Origin: a virus
Strand: one strand, 5' to 3'
IMG/VR virus record: IMGVR_UViG_3300045988_118025
Coordinates: 3,783 to 67,782 of that record
Length of the DNA: 64,000 nt
A program made the position numbers and the translations under genes. The notes under the pieces are model-generated. The model was not told the origin of the DNA, made no database searches, and worked only from the letters and a program-made list of their open reading frames with translations. Positions within the stretch are counted from its first letter, which is position 1. Each line of letters begins with the position of its first letter. Positions 19,887-29,820 of the stretch are shown piece after piece.

Positions 19887-20150
19887 ATGAGCAAATACAG
19901 AACAGAAGCCGGAATAGAATGCACGGAAGAAGAATGCAAGCTAATTGATTCATTTAAGAGGCTTGCCAGAAAATGGAAGAAAGATGGGAAACGATTATGG
20001 ATATATTCAGCAAGCGGAACATTACATGTAATGATGCATGGAGATACAAACTATAATCCCACACCGGAATTTACGCAATATGGAGGCAGTAACATTGAAA
20101 ATAGTATAACCATCATTGATGGAATACCAAATGATGGCGGAGATTGGTAA
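19887..20150 (+). CDS. hypothetical protein
   Basis: 87-aa ORF; ATAGGTG motif upstream (19835-19841). Confidence 0.4.
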   Translation: MSKYRTEAGIECTEEECKLIDSFKRLARKWKKDGKRLWIYSASGTLHVMMHGDTNYNPTPEFTQYGGSNIENSITIIDGIPNDGGDW

Positions 20151-20203
20151 TAATATAAAAATAACTGAGCCTTGGGCGGCTTTGTAAAACCTATATTCAT
20201 AAT

Positions 20204-20521
20204 ATGTGCTGGGCATGCATCGAAGACTTGCTCCCATGCAAAGAAGAAGAGGAGGGGAGGGTGATAATGAATAAAAGATTAAGAAATGCCATAAAGAAAG
20301 CAGAAAACAAACAAAATGAAGCAGACCTTGCACTGCAATCCATTTGGAAACATCTTGCTTTCTCAGGATTTAGAGATATTGAGCCTAACTTGAGCATGAC
20401 TCCAGGAAATGAAATCATGCTTGAATGGAACTGTTCAGAAATGAATGCGAATGAGATTATAGACTGTATGGAATCAGCAGGATATATAACTCCCGATGAT
20501 TTTATTGGAGTGTTAGATTAA
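20204..20521 (+). CDS. hypothetical protein
   Basis: 105-aa ORF. Confidence 0.4.
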   Translation: MCWACIEDLLPCKEEEEGRVIMNKRLRNAIKKAENKQNEADLALQSIWKHLAFSGFRDIEPNLSMTPGNEIMLEWNCSEMNANEIIDCMESAGYITPDDFIGVLD

Positions 20522-20629
20522 AGTATAAAATTATGAAGAGAGAAGATATTGAAAAAGCAGCAAAGACTTATCAAGAAAAAGACATGATATCTGGGCGGGT
20601 AAGGGCTTAAGAAGAAAATTTGAAAGGTT

Positions 20630-20833
20630 ATGACTGACAGAGAACTTCTTGAAGAAAACAATAAGATGTTAAAGGAAATTCTAAGTTTTGTGAGAAAAGT
20701 CGATTCTGTTGAATATAGGGATCGTCAAGACTTTATGGAATTTCTTAGAAATGTGGCAGCCGATATATGGGTAGAATATACGGAGCCTGAACAAAGGAGT
20801 AAGTTGTTTAATTTAATAAATAAAGAAAAATGA
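20630..20833 (+). CDS. hypothetical protein
   Basis: 67-aa ORF, ATGA overlap with next gene. Confidence 0.4.
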   Translation: MTDRELLEENNKMLKEILSFVRKVDSVEYRDRQDFMEFLRNVAADIWVEYTEPEQRSKLFNLINKEK

Positions 20834-21504
20834 AAACAGTTTTTGATTTAAGCAGAGATGAGATTGTGGCATTGACAGACGAAGACATAAGTCTGTATAT
20901 AGACAAAGAGCTTGCTAATAAAGGTATTCCAATTGAAGCTAAAAACTGGAATATAAAGAACAAAAAAGAAATTTCGTACCCCAAAACAGGAGTTCCATTA
21001 TTTGTATTAAGAGATATCGGCATCGGTTTTAGAACCATAGAAGGTGCAACTGAGGTGGCTAATTTGCTTGTCAAGTATAATGCATTTAAAACAGAATCGA
21101 GATATCTGGCAGGATCGTATGAACAGTTTTGGATCATGAAGGAGGGTGTTTGCCCGGCTGTTAAAGGAGAAACAGGATATAGCGAGGAAGAGTTTAATAA
21201 GATAGATGAGAAAAATAAAAACCCTGAATTGACAAGTATAAATACCTTCAATGACACCGTGAAAAAAGCCAATGAAATCAAAGATAGGGTATTGAAATAC
21301 GTGTACAATATAAAACAAGAGCGTTCATATAACAACGACATGGTTGGCATCTTTGAGAGGTATAAGGATATAGCAGATGGCGACATGGAGGTAGCTATGA
21401 ATTTTATCAAGGAGGCCTATCCATTCAATGAAGAAACAGAGGTGTTTATCAGAAAAAAGTTCGACATGTCTATACCAGTTCCTATACCTGACGAATTAAA
21501 ATAG
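20830..21504 (+). CDS. hypothetical protein
   Basis: 224-aa ORF. Confidence 0.5.
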   Translation: MKTVFDLSRDEIVALTDEDISLYIDKELANKGIPIEAKNWNIKNKKEISYPKTGVPLFVLRDIGIGFRTIEGATEVANLLVKYNAFKTESRYLAGSYEQFWIMKEGVCPAVKGETGYSEEEFNKIDEKNKNPELTSINTFNDTVKKANEIKDRVLKYVYNIKQERSYNNDMVGIFERYKDIADGDMEVAMNFIKEAYPFNEETEVFIRKKFDMSIPVPIPDELK

Positions 21505-21584
21505 CAGCAATTAAGCTAAATTAAATCATTTTGAATCTTTTTTATTATCAAAAGACATATCTTTGTCCAAAAAAAACAAACAGG

Positions 21585-21839
21585 ATGGAAGAAAAAGAGA
21601 TAAAAGAAGCTATGATTGAGGCTCTGACGCACTTAGAGGGATGTAAGTATTTCGTGGCTACGATAGTAAATGAAGAGGAAAGAAGATTTGATATGAGCCA
21701 AAGAATGTCACAGCATCAATTGGCGTTAGTTATAAAAGGTATCTTATCTAATAATGAGATGATGATGATGGACGTTTTGCAGTGGTGTTCTGAAAGATTT
21801 AAAAACAGTATAGAGAAAGGAAAGAAATCAACTAATTAA
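21585..21839 (+). CDS. hypothetical protein
   Basis: Track ORF 21531..21839 trimmed to the ATG at 21585 (MEEKEIKEAM...). Confidence 0.4.
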   Translation: MEEKEIKEAMIEALTHLEGCKYFVATIVNEEERRFDMSQRMSQHQLALVIKGILSNNEMMMMDVLQWCSERFKNSIEKGKKSTN

Positions 21840-21850
21840 ATATTAATACA

Positions 21851-22321
21851 ATGAATCGCTGGTTTGAAATTACGGTAAAAGCCGAGATTGATAATATCGA
21901 GAACGGCAAAAAAAAGAAAGTAACTGAAAAGTATTTGGTGGATGCCTTGTCTTATACAGAGGCAGAATCAAGATCGTTGGAAATCTTTAAAGATTTGTAC
22001 AATTCTTTCGAGGTTGTAAAAATTAACCCTATTAAAGTGTCGGAAATCTTCTTCAACGGAGAAGCTGAGTACTGGTATAAGTGTAAGGTAAATTACATTA
22101 CACTGGATGAAAAGAAAGGTAAAGAAAAGAAAACGCCATGCTATATGTATGTCCAAGCCGGCAATCCTAAAGACGCCGAAGCTGTGTTGACTAAAGGTAT
22201 GCAGGGTACGTTGGGAGACTGGAATTGCGAGTCTATTGCTGAAACAAAGATCATTGAAGTGTTTAAATACGATCTGCAAAAAGGTGTAGAAAAATTGGGA
22301 GAAAAGAAAACTGATGAGTGA
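21851..22321 (+). CDS. hypothetical protein
   Basis: 156-aa ORF. Confidence 0.45.
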   Translation: MNRWFEITVKAEIDNIENGKKKKVTEKYLVDALSYTEAESRSLEIFKDLYNSFEVVKINPIKVSEIFFNGEAEYWYKCKVNYITLDEKKGKEKKTPCYMYVQAGNPKDAEAVLTKGMQGTLGDWNCESIAETKIIEVFKYDLQKGVEKLGEKKTDE

Positions 22322-22544
22322 TGTTGTTTCCCGTGTAGCACTTGCGACGGCAATTGTATTATTGGTAGTAGCAGGTGCTACTTTGCTGATAGTGATTAAG
22401 ACCGAAGAAGTACCGAGATGGTTAATGAACTTACCATATACGTTATCTTTAACGGCAGTATCCTTTTCAAGCATATCACTTGTATTGAAATATAAAGAGT
22501 GGAAAAGAAATTGTACGTCTGCGAAAGATGCGGACGAAAAGTGA
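22314..22544 (+). CDS. small membrane protein
   Basis: VALATAIVLLVVAGATLLIVI and LTAVSFSSISLVL hydrophobic helices. Confidence 0.35.
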   Translation: MSDVVSRVALATAIVLLVVAGATLLIVIKTEEVPRWLMNLPYTLSLTAVSFSSISLVLKYKEWKRNCTSAKDADEK

Positions 22545-23011
22545 TGATAAGAAGTCATGGCTTATGCCAGGCTTGCAGGAGCAAAGAGTTGACTCCGAAG
22601 AAAAAAGACAGAATTACATCCATTAAAAATAGCAGCAAGAAGAAAAAGTTAGAGAACCCGGATTTATCCGGGTTTTTTCGTCTTATGTTGGAGGAGTTGG
22701 GTAGCATTCGAATGTCTATGACTGGTAAGGCTATTCATTTTCCTACAGTATGTAACGTCTGTCACATACTTCCGAAAAGGTTATATAAGTCGGTTGCCAC
22801 TTGCAGAGATAATATAGTTTTCCTACATGAATCGGAGCATACGGTATTTGACATGTATCTTGACCGGATGGAATTTGATAAACTTGAAACAGAATTTCCT
22901 TTTGTATGGAAGTATGCGGTAAAGAAGGTACTGGATATGGAAAGCAGGGGAATGATTAAAGAAAGAGGTAGATTAATTATTGAAATAATTGACAGATATA
23001 ACCCCAAATAG
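22499..23011 (+). CDS. zinc-ribbon protein
   Basis: N-terminal CERCG...CQAC four-Cys zinc ribbon. Confidence 0.45.
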   Translation: MEKKLYVCERCGRKVMIRSHGLCQACRSKELTPKKKDRITSIKNSSKKKKLENPDLSGFFRLMLEELGSIRMSMTGKAIHFPTVCNVCHILPKRLYKSVATCRDNIVFLHESEHTVFDMYLDRMEFDKLETEFPFVWKYAVKKVLDMESRGMIKERGRLIIEIIDRYNPK

Positions 23012-23287
23012 TATTAAACTAATATAATTCTATTATAAAAGTTTAATACATCTCTTTAAGAGATCGGGTTATTAGCCTAAGCCTTGAAACAAAGGCTACG
23101 TTATTTGAGAATAAATAGTTACCAAGGAATGTTTACCCAAGTTTCTTGCTCTAAGGATGGTGATTAAACAGGAGTAGTGTATTTGACGAAACAGTGTTGC
23201 CATTATATAAAACCTCAAAATAACATTGGCGATGGGTACTTACAGGAGAAATCCTGACTTATCCCTAACGGGATTTACATCTACCAA

Positions 23288-23305
23288 GGAGACCGAAAGG
23301 TCTCC
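23288..23305 (+). ncRNA. perfect 7-bp stem with GAAA (GNRA) tetraloop inside a structured 344-bp non-coding region
   Basis: GGAGACC-GAAA-GGTCTCC; no downstream T-run, so not a classic terminator. The surrounding 23012-23355 region has at least two further stem-loops. Confidence 0.35.
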
Positions 23306-23355
23306 GAGGGGATGTATTAAAACGGATGAATAGCTTTAAATATATTTAATAGAAT

Positions 23356-23538
23356 ATGGGATATGAAAAAAAATATAAGGTTACAATAGAAGCTGACGAT
23401 GAAATTATTTTCATTGCCAACGTAAAAAGAGGAGAGAGTGAGAGAGAAATTGATTTTGAGGGAGCAGCCGCAGATATGGATGAGGCTGAAACTGTATTGT
23501 ATTATATTAAAGAAGCATTAATTGGGAAATTGAGATGA
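23356..23538 (+). CDS. hypothetical protein
   Basis: 60-aa ORF; ATGA overlap with next gene. Confidence 0.35.
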   Translation: MGYEKKYKVTIEADDEIIFIANVKRGESEREIDFEGAAADMDEAETVLYYIKEALIGKLR

Positions 23539-24854
23539 TAGAACAGAAAATAAAAATATTGACAGATTTAGGGTTTGTGCCTATGGTAGAAGGAGAAGGA
23601 AATACGTTGTTTAGAATGAACGATGTTGTGATGTCGGTATCAGATCCTAATCAAACACCAGAGCAGTTAAAAAAGGAAGTTATGACTTTGATAAAGAATA
23701 AAGACATAGCCGAAAGAGGTGGACAGGTTCCAGTAGTTGAAGAACCGGCGCCTGAGTCAGAGCAGGCCCAGAAGGAGGAACCGGAAGCTCCGGAGGAAGA
23801 AGCCGCTCCTAACCCTGGAGAAGAAGATTTGAATCCGTTTACAGAAAATCAGGAAACGTTAGAGCCATTTTATATCTGTGATGAATTGAAGAAGATTGAG
23901 ACTCCCAAATTCGTAAGATTGACATTAGACGACAATCGTTTTTATGTAAGGAAGATGGATGATGGGACAGCCAAGATATATGCTTCGGTAACAACCTTAA
24001 TCAAAGACGGATTCGTAGATGATAAGACAGCACTTCAGGAATGGAAGCAAGAGATAAAGATGCTTGGTTGCAATCCAGAAGAGGTAGCGCAGTATGAAGC
24101 CGATAAAGGAACGATCATGCATTACCTATATGGATTGTATCTAATTGGAAGAGATATGGTCTTAAATCGAAGTTTTATAGTTAAAACCGTACAAGAAGGG
24201 AAGCTTAAGATATCGAAGAAAAATCTTGACCGATTCTTTAACAGCATAGATGATCTTGACGATATGATTGTTAGGGTTATGAAGTTTGCTAAGTTTTGTT
24301 CGGAGTATAAGGTTAAGCCGATGATGATTGAAAGAATATTATCATTAGAAGATTATTTGGTAGCTACGCCGATAGATGCGATGGTTAAAATGACATTCAA
24401 GTACAAAGAAGAAGGTTATTTTGGAGCCGTATATCAAAGGGCTACAGGGCAGTTCAAAAAAGGTGATCCGAAAAAGGAGGTAAGAGAAGTGGAGAAGGAA
24501 GAAGTGGTCATTCTTGACTTTAAATCGGGAGGAATATGGGAATCATACGCATTCCAATTAGAAGCTGAAAGAAGAATGGTTAAAGCATGGTACGGAATTG
24601 ATGCGCGTATTATGAACTTTTCTCCAAAAAGCACGAGCAGTAAAGGATATACGCTGAAAGAATGGACAGAAGATAGTGTAGCACTTGAAAAGGCGGACTG
24701 TGTGTTCCAACAAGGGATGTTGAATCACCTTAGAAAAGACAAGAGGTTCAAAGTGAGAAAAGGAGTGCTGAATATCAATAAGCCTTACAATGAAGAGGAT
24801 CATATTGTTGTATATGATATTGCTGAGGAAATGTCTAAAAGATTCGTAATATGA
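23535..24854 (+). CDS. PD-(D/E)XK superfamily nuclease-like protein with acidic/Pro-rich linker
   Basis: C-terminal region ...VATPIDAMVKM...EVVILDFKSGG gives a D...D-x-K arrangement typical of PD-(D/E)XK (YqaJ/lambda-exo/RecB-like) folds; N-terminal EEPAPESEQAQKEEPEAPEEE linker. Confidence 0.5.
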   Translation: MIEQKIKILTDLGFVPMVEGEGNTLFRMNDVVMSVSDPNQTPEQLKKEVMTLIKNKDIAERGGQVPVVEEPAPESEQAQKEEPEAPEEEAAPNPGEEDLNPFTENQETLEPFYICDELKKIETPKFVRLTLDDNRFYVRKMDDGTAKIYASVTTLIKDGFVDDKTALQEWKQEIKMLGCNPEEVAQYEADKGTIMHYLYGLYLIGRDMVLNRSFIVKTVQEGKLKISKKNLDRFFNSIDDLDDMIVRVMKFAKFCSEYKVKPMMIERILSLEDYLVATPIDAMVKMTFKYKEEGYFGAVYQRATGQFKKGDPKKEVREVEKEEVVILDFKSGGIWESYAFQLEAERRMVKAWYGIDARIMNFSPKSTSSKGYTLKEWTEDSVALEKADCVFQQGMLNHLRKDKRFKVRKGVLNINKPYNEEDHIVVYDIAEEMSKRFVI

Positions 24855-25084
24855 GTGATATTGTTATTCCTAAAGGAGATTATGTGGAAATCGTAAAACC
24901 GATATGTATCAATCCTTTTGGTGATTATTTTATTAACATCAAAAGGGGTTCAAGATTAAGATTATCGAAAGATTTGAAAATAGGGGATAAGTATGCAATA
25001 TGCATACTCACATCTTACGAGAAATATGGCAAGACTGTTAATGTGATAATGCCTATACTGGTTAGAAACACAAGAAGAGTATGA
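24851..25084 (+). CDS. hypothetical protein
   Basis: 77-aa ORF. Confidence 0.4.
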   Translation: MSDIVIPKGDYVEIVKPICINPFGDYFINIKRGSRLRLSKDLKIGDKYAICILTSYEKYGKTVNVIMPILVRNTRRV

Positions 25085-25431
25085 AAAGAAAAATTAGAAG
25101 AACCGGGGAGATAATAGACATAATTACCTTCAGCGGCTCAACTATAAGAAGCGACTATGACAAAATACAATTCTATGACAGTAACGGAAGTGTGATAAAT
25201 GAGAGTTTAAATTATTATCTCGATACCCTTCCTGTGGATGATGAAAACAAAGACGTAGACTGGGAACAACGTAGATTCGATCTTGTTAAGGCTTATTCTA
25301 TTGAGTTTATCAAAACACTGCATAGAAAAGGAGAGATAGATTGCGGAGTATATGTACCAGATGTGGTGTCATGGTCTATAACTATAGCAGATAGAATCAT
25401 AGAAGCAATGAGAGGAGTTCAAAATGCTTGA
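25081..25431 (+). CDS. hypothetical protein
   Basis: 116-aa ORF. Confidence 0.4.
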   Translation: MKRKIRRTGEIIDIITFSGSTIRSDYDKIQFYDSNGSVINESLNYYLDTLPVDDENKDVDWEQRRFDLVKAYSIEFIKTLHRKGEIDCGVYVPDVVSWSITIADRIIEAMRGVQNA

Positions 25432-26437
25432 TTTCAGAAGATACGAAAACGTACCTCGGTTTCAACTTGACCGCAGGCCCGGAAGGAGCCGACTGAAGCT
25501 AACCTGCCCGGCTTGCGGAAAAAGCCGGTGCCTCACTCCTTATATTGATGTGGCAACAGGTCAGGTTGTTGGCAACGAGTTCGGAAGATGCGATCATGAA
25601 CGGACTTGCGGTTACGATAAACGACCTACTGGTAAGGATGTAGGTGACAAAGATCTTTGGATTTCAGGAAACAAGTGTATAAGAGCTTATCGCCCTCCTG
25701 TAAATCCTGACGTTGTAAATTACATACCTTTTAGCGAGTTTGAGAGGACTGTAGTTCCAGACGATAGAAACACTGTATTTAGATTTTTATCATCTCTATG
25801 GGGAAAAGAAAGGGTGTCTGATGTATTCAGGAGGTATCATGTAGGAACAATGGACTTATGGGGATGGAAAGGATGTTGTATATTCTGGCAGATAGACAAA
25901 GATTTTGTATGCAGAACCGGCAAGATCATGGACTTTTATATAAAAACCGACGGCCAGGGGAATGAGATTGATGTAAAAAGAGTGAAGGAAAAAGACGGCG
26001 ACAATGAGCGGCCTCATGTTATGTTTTATCACTCGTTGCATGCAAGAGACTTCTTGTTTAGACAATGCCTGTTCGGAGAGCATCTTCTAAGCCAGTATCC
26101 GGATAAGGTGGTTAATTTGGTGGAATCAGAAAAGACGGCTATTATATGCGCTGTGAATAAACCAGATGAGTTATTTGTAGCTACTGGTGGGTTGCAGAAT
26201 CTAAGGCCGGAAGTGATAGATGTTTTAAAAGATAGAAAGACCGTAGCTTTTCCGGACAAAGGACAAGCATTTGAGACATGGAGTAAAAAGATAGATGGGA
26301 TGATGATGAAGTCAAGGATAAAAGTATCGGACTATCTTCAAAATGTTGAAAATGTAGGAGACGGAGATGATGTGGCAGATTTGATAATTAGTAACAAGGT
26401 AAAAGAAAAACAGTATGAGCCTGGACGTTTATATTAA
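25424..26437 (+). CDS. putative DNA primase (zinc finger + TOPRIM-like region)
   Basis: N-terminal LTCPACGKSRC...GRCDHERTCGY zinc-binding motif; central VNLVESEKTAIICAV acidic motif; lies next to the DnaB-like helicase. Confidence 0.4.
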   Translation: MLDFRRYENVPRFQLDRRPGRSRLKLTCPACGKSRCLTPYIDVATGQVVGNEFGRCDHERTCGYDKRPTGKDVGDKDLWISGNKCIRAYRPPVNPDVVNYIPFSEFERTVVPDDRNTVFRFLSSLWGKERVSDVFRRYHVGTMDLWGWKGCCIFWQIDKDFVCRTGKIMDFYIKTDGQGNEIDVKRVKEKDGDNERPHVMFYHSLHARDFLFRQCLFGEHLLSQYPDKVVNLVESEKTAIICAVNKPDELFVATGGLQNLRPEVIDVLKDRKTVAFPDKGQAFETWSKKIDGMMMKSRIKVSDYLQNVENVGDGDDVADLIISNKVKEKQYEPGRLY

Positions 26438-26768
26438 AAGTAAGAAGAAAGAAGAGGATTGTAGATGGGTTGCAAACATCACCCACAACATGAACAAGAT
26501 GGCACAAAGGATATTCGTATCAGAAAATAAAGAAACGCTGTACGATTATGTTTGGAGACCAGAAGAATTGTATAGAGAAATATATACCAATGAGATGAAG
26601 AATGTACTTACAAAAGGTATATGCATTATGATCTCCAAGAGAAAAAATCTTTTGAAATACGAGCCAGAAAATGGATGGGGGTCTTATGATTCATTTCTTA
26701 AGTTTCTTATCGAATATAAAGAGGCGTGCGAAGATCATCCGGGTTATATAATTGAAGCAAGTAGATAA
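26415..26768 (+). CDS. hypothetical protein
   Basis: 117-aa ORF. Confidence 0.4.
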   Translation: MSLDVYIKSKKKEEDCRWVANITHNMNKMAQRIFVSENKETLYDYVWRPEELYREIYTNEMKNVLTKGICIMISKRKNLLKYEPENGWGSYDSFLKFLIEYKEACEDHPGYIIEASR

Positions 26769-27027
26769 TATGGAAAATTACAAAAACACTTTAAATGAGG
26801 TAGTGGTGATCGAATCGTCACCAGAAACGTATTTTGTTTATGCTATTCGTAATGCTATTCGTATCTCTAAATGTGCGTATCCGACAGCCAAGAAAGTAAT
26901 TTTCAAAAGAGAGGACGTAGAGGTAGAGATCTCAGAAATGGAAACTGAAAGCAGTTTGTATGAAAAGTTTAAAGAAAAACAAAAGAATAGGGTATGGAAC
27001 TTAATGAGCGCCAACAACGGGTTTTAA
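26752..27027 (+). CDS. hypothetical protein
   Basis: 91-aa ORF. Confidence 0.4.
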   Translation: MKQVDNMENYKNTLNEVVVIESSPETYFVYAIRNAIRISKCAYPTAKKVIFKREDVEVEISEMETESSLYEKFKEKQKNRVWNLMSANNGF

Positions 27028-27560
27028 GAGGCGAAATTTGTCCTTATTGCGGAAGGGAAACCGAGCTGGTCAATGCCGATAAAATATATAGCAGAAAAGG
27101 CTTAGGTATGGTTATGATGTGTAAACCATGCAATGCTTATGTCGGTGTTCATGAATCAGGACCGAATAAGGGAAAAGCTAAAGGTCGGCTTGCGGAGCCA
27201 TCACTGAGGTCTCTTAAGATAAGAGTCCATGCCGAACTTGACAGACTATGGTCTACGCCGGAGGAACGGAAAAGGATGTATAAAGATTTATCTGAATTTC
27301 TCGCTATACCGGAAGAGTACACACATATAGGTATGTTTGGCGAGAAGACGATGGGAAAAGTCTTTCAGTTCTGTCATGCAAACAAAGAACGATCAGGTTC
27401 GAGAATAGAATGGCATAAGCCTGGAGATAAGTGCCCTAATAAGAACAATCAAATAGTGTCAGGAAGTAGCGCATGTAGAGGATGTCCTGAGTATCTTCAT
27501 GATGAGAAAGACGGGTATGTCTGGTGTGATCCTGATATGAGCTACGGCAGGTTGAAATAG
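26994..27560 (+). CDS. zinc-ribbon protein
   Basis: CPYCGRE...CKPCNAY and C-terminal CRGCPEY cysteine pairs. Confidence 0.45.
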   Translation: MELNERQQRVLRGEICPYCGRETELVNADKIYSRKGLGMVMMCKPCNAYVGVHESGPNKGKAKGRLAEPSLRSLKIRVHAELDRLWSTPEERKRMYKDLSEFLAIPEEYTHIGMFGEKTMGKVFQFCHANKERSGSRIEWHKPGDKCPNKNNQIVSGSSACRGCPEYLHDEKDGYVWCDPDMSYGRLK

Positions 27561-27568
27561 GGAGCGAA

Positions 27569-27892
27569 TTGCCTATCTTTGTGCTATTATTCATCAAAAA
27601 AAAATATAAGCACATGGGTAGATCGACAGAGTACTACAGGACTCATCCCGAAGCCAGGAAGAAAAAGGCTAAAAAGGACAAGGAGATAAATGCCAGACCA
27701 GAACAGAAAGCCAAACGCCGAGAGCTTGGTCGTAAAAACTACGAAACGGACAAGAAGAAGGGTAAGGGCTGGAGAAAAGGCAAGGATTGTTCTCATACCA
27801 AGAACGGTCTTAGGTATAAATCAGTAAAAGCTAATAGGGGATCCAAATCGGATACAAAAGGTGACAAAAATGCACGAGGAGATAGCAAATAG
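27569..27892 (+). CDS. highly basic Lys/Arg-rich small protein (possible nucleic-acid-binding)
   Basis: 107 aa, roughly 35% K+R (ARKKKAKKDKEINARPEQKAKRRELGRKNYETDKKKGKGWRKGKD...). Confidence 0.4.
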   Translation: MPIFVLLFIKKKYKHMGRSTEYYRTHPEARKKKAKKDKEINARPEQKAKRRELGRKNYETDKKKGKGWRKGKDCSHTKNGLRYKSVKANRGSKSDTKGDKNARGDSK

Positions 27893-28988
27893 GATAGATA
27901 TAAGAAGGATATTCAAAACCTCTAAACAGGTTATGGAAGAGGCGTATGAGAATATCTTGAAATACAGGCGGGGAGAGCTTATCCCCGCTAAAACCGGATA
28001 CGATTATATTGATGAGGCTTTGCTTGGAGGTATTTTCCCTCAGCATGCTATTGCCATAGGAGCCCGCCCGTCTGTAGGTAAATCGTATGTGGCCCAAAAG
28101 ATATTGGAAAATGTGATGAATCCGATGATCAACCCGCAAGCAGAAGATTATTTTCTTGTCAATTGCGAGTTCGAAATGAATCCTCAAGATCTTCTTCTTC
28201 GCAGAATGAGCCAGGATATGAAAAAACGAGCTCCTGAAATATTAAGAAGGCAAGATTCTAATACAGTAGAAGAGATGAGGATGTTTGAAATCCTTCAAGG
28301 TGAAATCAGAAATAATATAATATACATCGATGCTCCGTGTACGGTAAAAGAGTTTGAGGCGGCTGTGTATCATATAGCTACCAAACACAAAGACAAACGT
28401 CTTATAATATTTAAAGTCGATCATATTGCTTTGATAAAAAGAATGGGGTTAGATCCTAAGTCGGCTATAGATGATTTGGTGGCGGTTATGAACGAGGCTA
28501 AATTAGTATATAAAAACATATTTTTCCTCATCATATCCCAATTCAACAGAGAGATAGAAGGAAGGATAAAAAGCCCACAAGAGCAGCCTCCGCGTCTTTC
28601 TGATTTTTACCAGTCTGATACGCTGGGTCAGTTATGTACGTTAATGATAGGTTTGCACAATCCTCGTAGGTACGGGCTGGATAAGTATATGATATTTGGG
28701 AAAGATTGGTATCAGACTCTTGATAGGTTTAAAACTGAAAACAAAACATCATTCAGGACAGCCGGACTGGTGTTTCATCATATACTGAAGGTAAGGCAAG
28801 TTAGTATGGAAGAGCTTACTAATACAATCCACCCAGAGATCCTGCCGGGGCATGGATGGATGTACGGGGAGGGCGGGACGAAGTTCGTGAACCCCAACCA
28901 GCCGCCGACGCCGCCCAAGCTCTATACTGTGGAAGACGTTACGGACAATCAGGAACAAGAGACAAAAGAAGAACAGTCATTGTATTAA
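27861..28988 (+). CDS. DnaB-family replicative helicase (RecA-like C-terminal domain)
   Basis: H1 GARPSVGKS (Walker A), H1a VNCEFEMNPQDLLLRRMS, H2 LIIFKVDHIALI, H3 FLIISQFNREIEGR (compare DnaB SQLNR), H4 LSDFYQSDTLGQLCTLMIGLHNP. Confidence 0.75.
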   Translation: MTKMHEEIANRIDIRRIFKTSKQVMEEAYENILKYRRGELIPAKTGYDYIDEALLGGIFPQHAIAIGARPSVGKSYVAQKILENVMNPMINPQAEDYFLVNCEFEMNPQDLLLRRMSQDMKKRAPEILRRQDSNTVEEMRMFEILQGEIRNNIIYIDAPCTVKEFEAAVYHIATKHKDKRLIIFKVDHIALIKRMGLDPKSAIDDLVAVMNEAKLVYKNIFFLIISQFNREIEGRIKSPQEQPPRLSDFYQSDTLGQLCTLMIGLHNPRRYGLDKYMIFGKDWYQTLDRFKTENKTSFRTAGLVFHHILKVRQVSMEELTNTIHPEILPGHGWMYGEGGTKFVNPNQPPTPPKLYTVEDVTDNQEQETKEEQSLY

Positions 28989-29002
28989 AAAAAATAAGAA
29001 CC

Positions 29003-29605
29003 ATGAGACTAACAGTAGAAGAAAACGAATACCTGATAAGTAAGTTCCTTTTGGTTCTTACTGAGTTTGCAGGGGATGAAAGAGAGATGTTTTTAATCAA
29101 CTCCATACATGATAAGGCGGTGGCGGATATGAATTATCGTCTTCCGTCTTTAATAAGCAGAGAACGTAAAAGACGAGTTATTGAGCTCCTTAAAGAAGGA
29201 ACCAGAATAATCAAGGACTTTTCTGGCTATGCTGGTGATATGGGTATGATTAACGAATACGATCGTCTAAAGAAAGAAATAGGAACCGTCCAAGACCAGC
29301 TTGGTGACGTAGAAGGTCAACTTCGGGCAGCAGGAGAAGTTATTAAAAAAGAACTTGATATGATTGCTGACCGAATCAAAGAAGATCTTCTTGATCGAGA
29401 ACTGGCTAAAAGTAATGCCGAGGCTGAAAGAAAAGCCAAAGTAGATCCGAGATACGAAGTAGCTTTAGGTGATTACAAGGAGATGCTGGAAGTGATTTTT
29501 ACAACCAGAAACAAGTATTCTACGGTAGATTCTGTACATGACGATCTTCGACAGTCGGTATCTACCGGTAGAAATTCGATTATTAAAGAAGGGTACAACA
29601 GTTAA
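29003..29605 (+). CDS. hypothetical protein
   Basis: Track ORF 28856..29605 trimmed to the ATG at 29003, directly after the helicase stop. Confidence 0.45.
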   Translation: MRLTVEENEYLISKFLLVLTEFAGDEREMFLINSIHDKAVADMNYRLPSLISRERKRRVIELLKEGTRIIKDFSGYAGDMGMINEYDRLKKEIGTVQDQLGDVEGQLRAAGEVIKKELDMIADRIKEDLLDRELAKSNAEAERKAKVDPRYEVALGDYKEMLEVIFTTRNKYSTVDSVHDDLRQSVSTGRNSIIKEGYNS

Positions 29606-29620
29606 AAACAAGGAGGGAAT

Positions 29621-29818
29621 ATGGAAAAGAAGGAATTTAAAGTAGGAGAAGTGTTTACTGCCGGACTTGTAAGATTAAAATGTGTGGAAGGTGATACATG
29701 CGATAGGTGTATATTTGAAAAATACAATTATTGTTCATGTACAGACATGATTATTGGTCCATGTGAACATATTGATAGACAAGATAACAAGGATGTTATT
29801 TTCATTAAAGCTGATTAG
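29621..29818 (+). CDS. small Cys-rich protein
   Basis: CVEGDTCDRC...YCSC...GPCEH. Confidence 0.4.
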   Translation: MEKKEFKVGEVFTAGLVRLKCVEGDTCDRCIFEKYNYCSCTDMIIGPCEHIDRQDNKDVIFIKAD

Positions 29819-29820
29819 GT

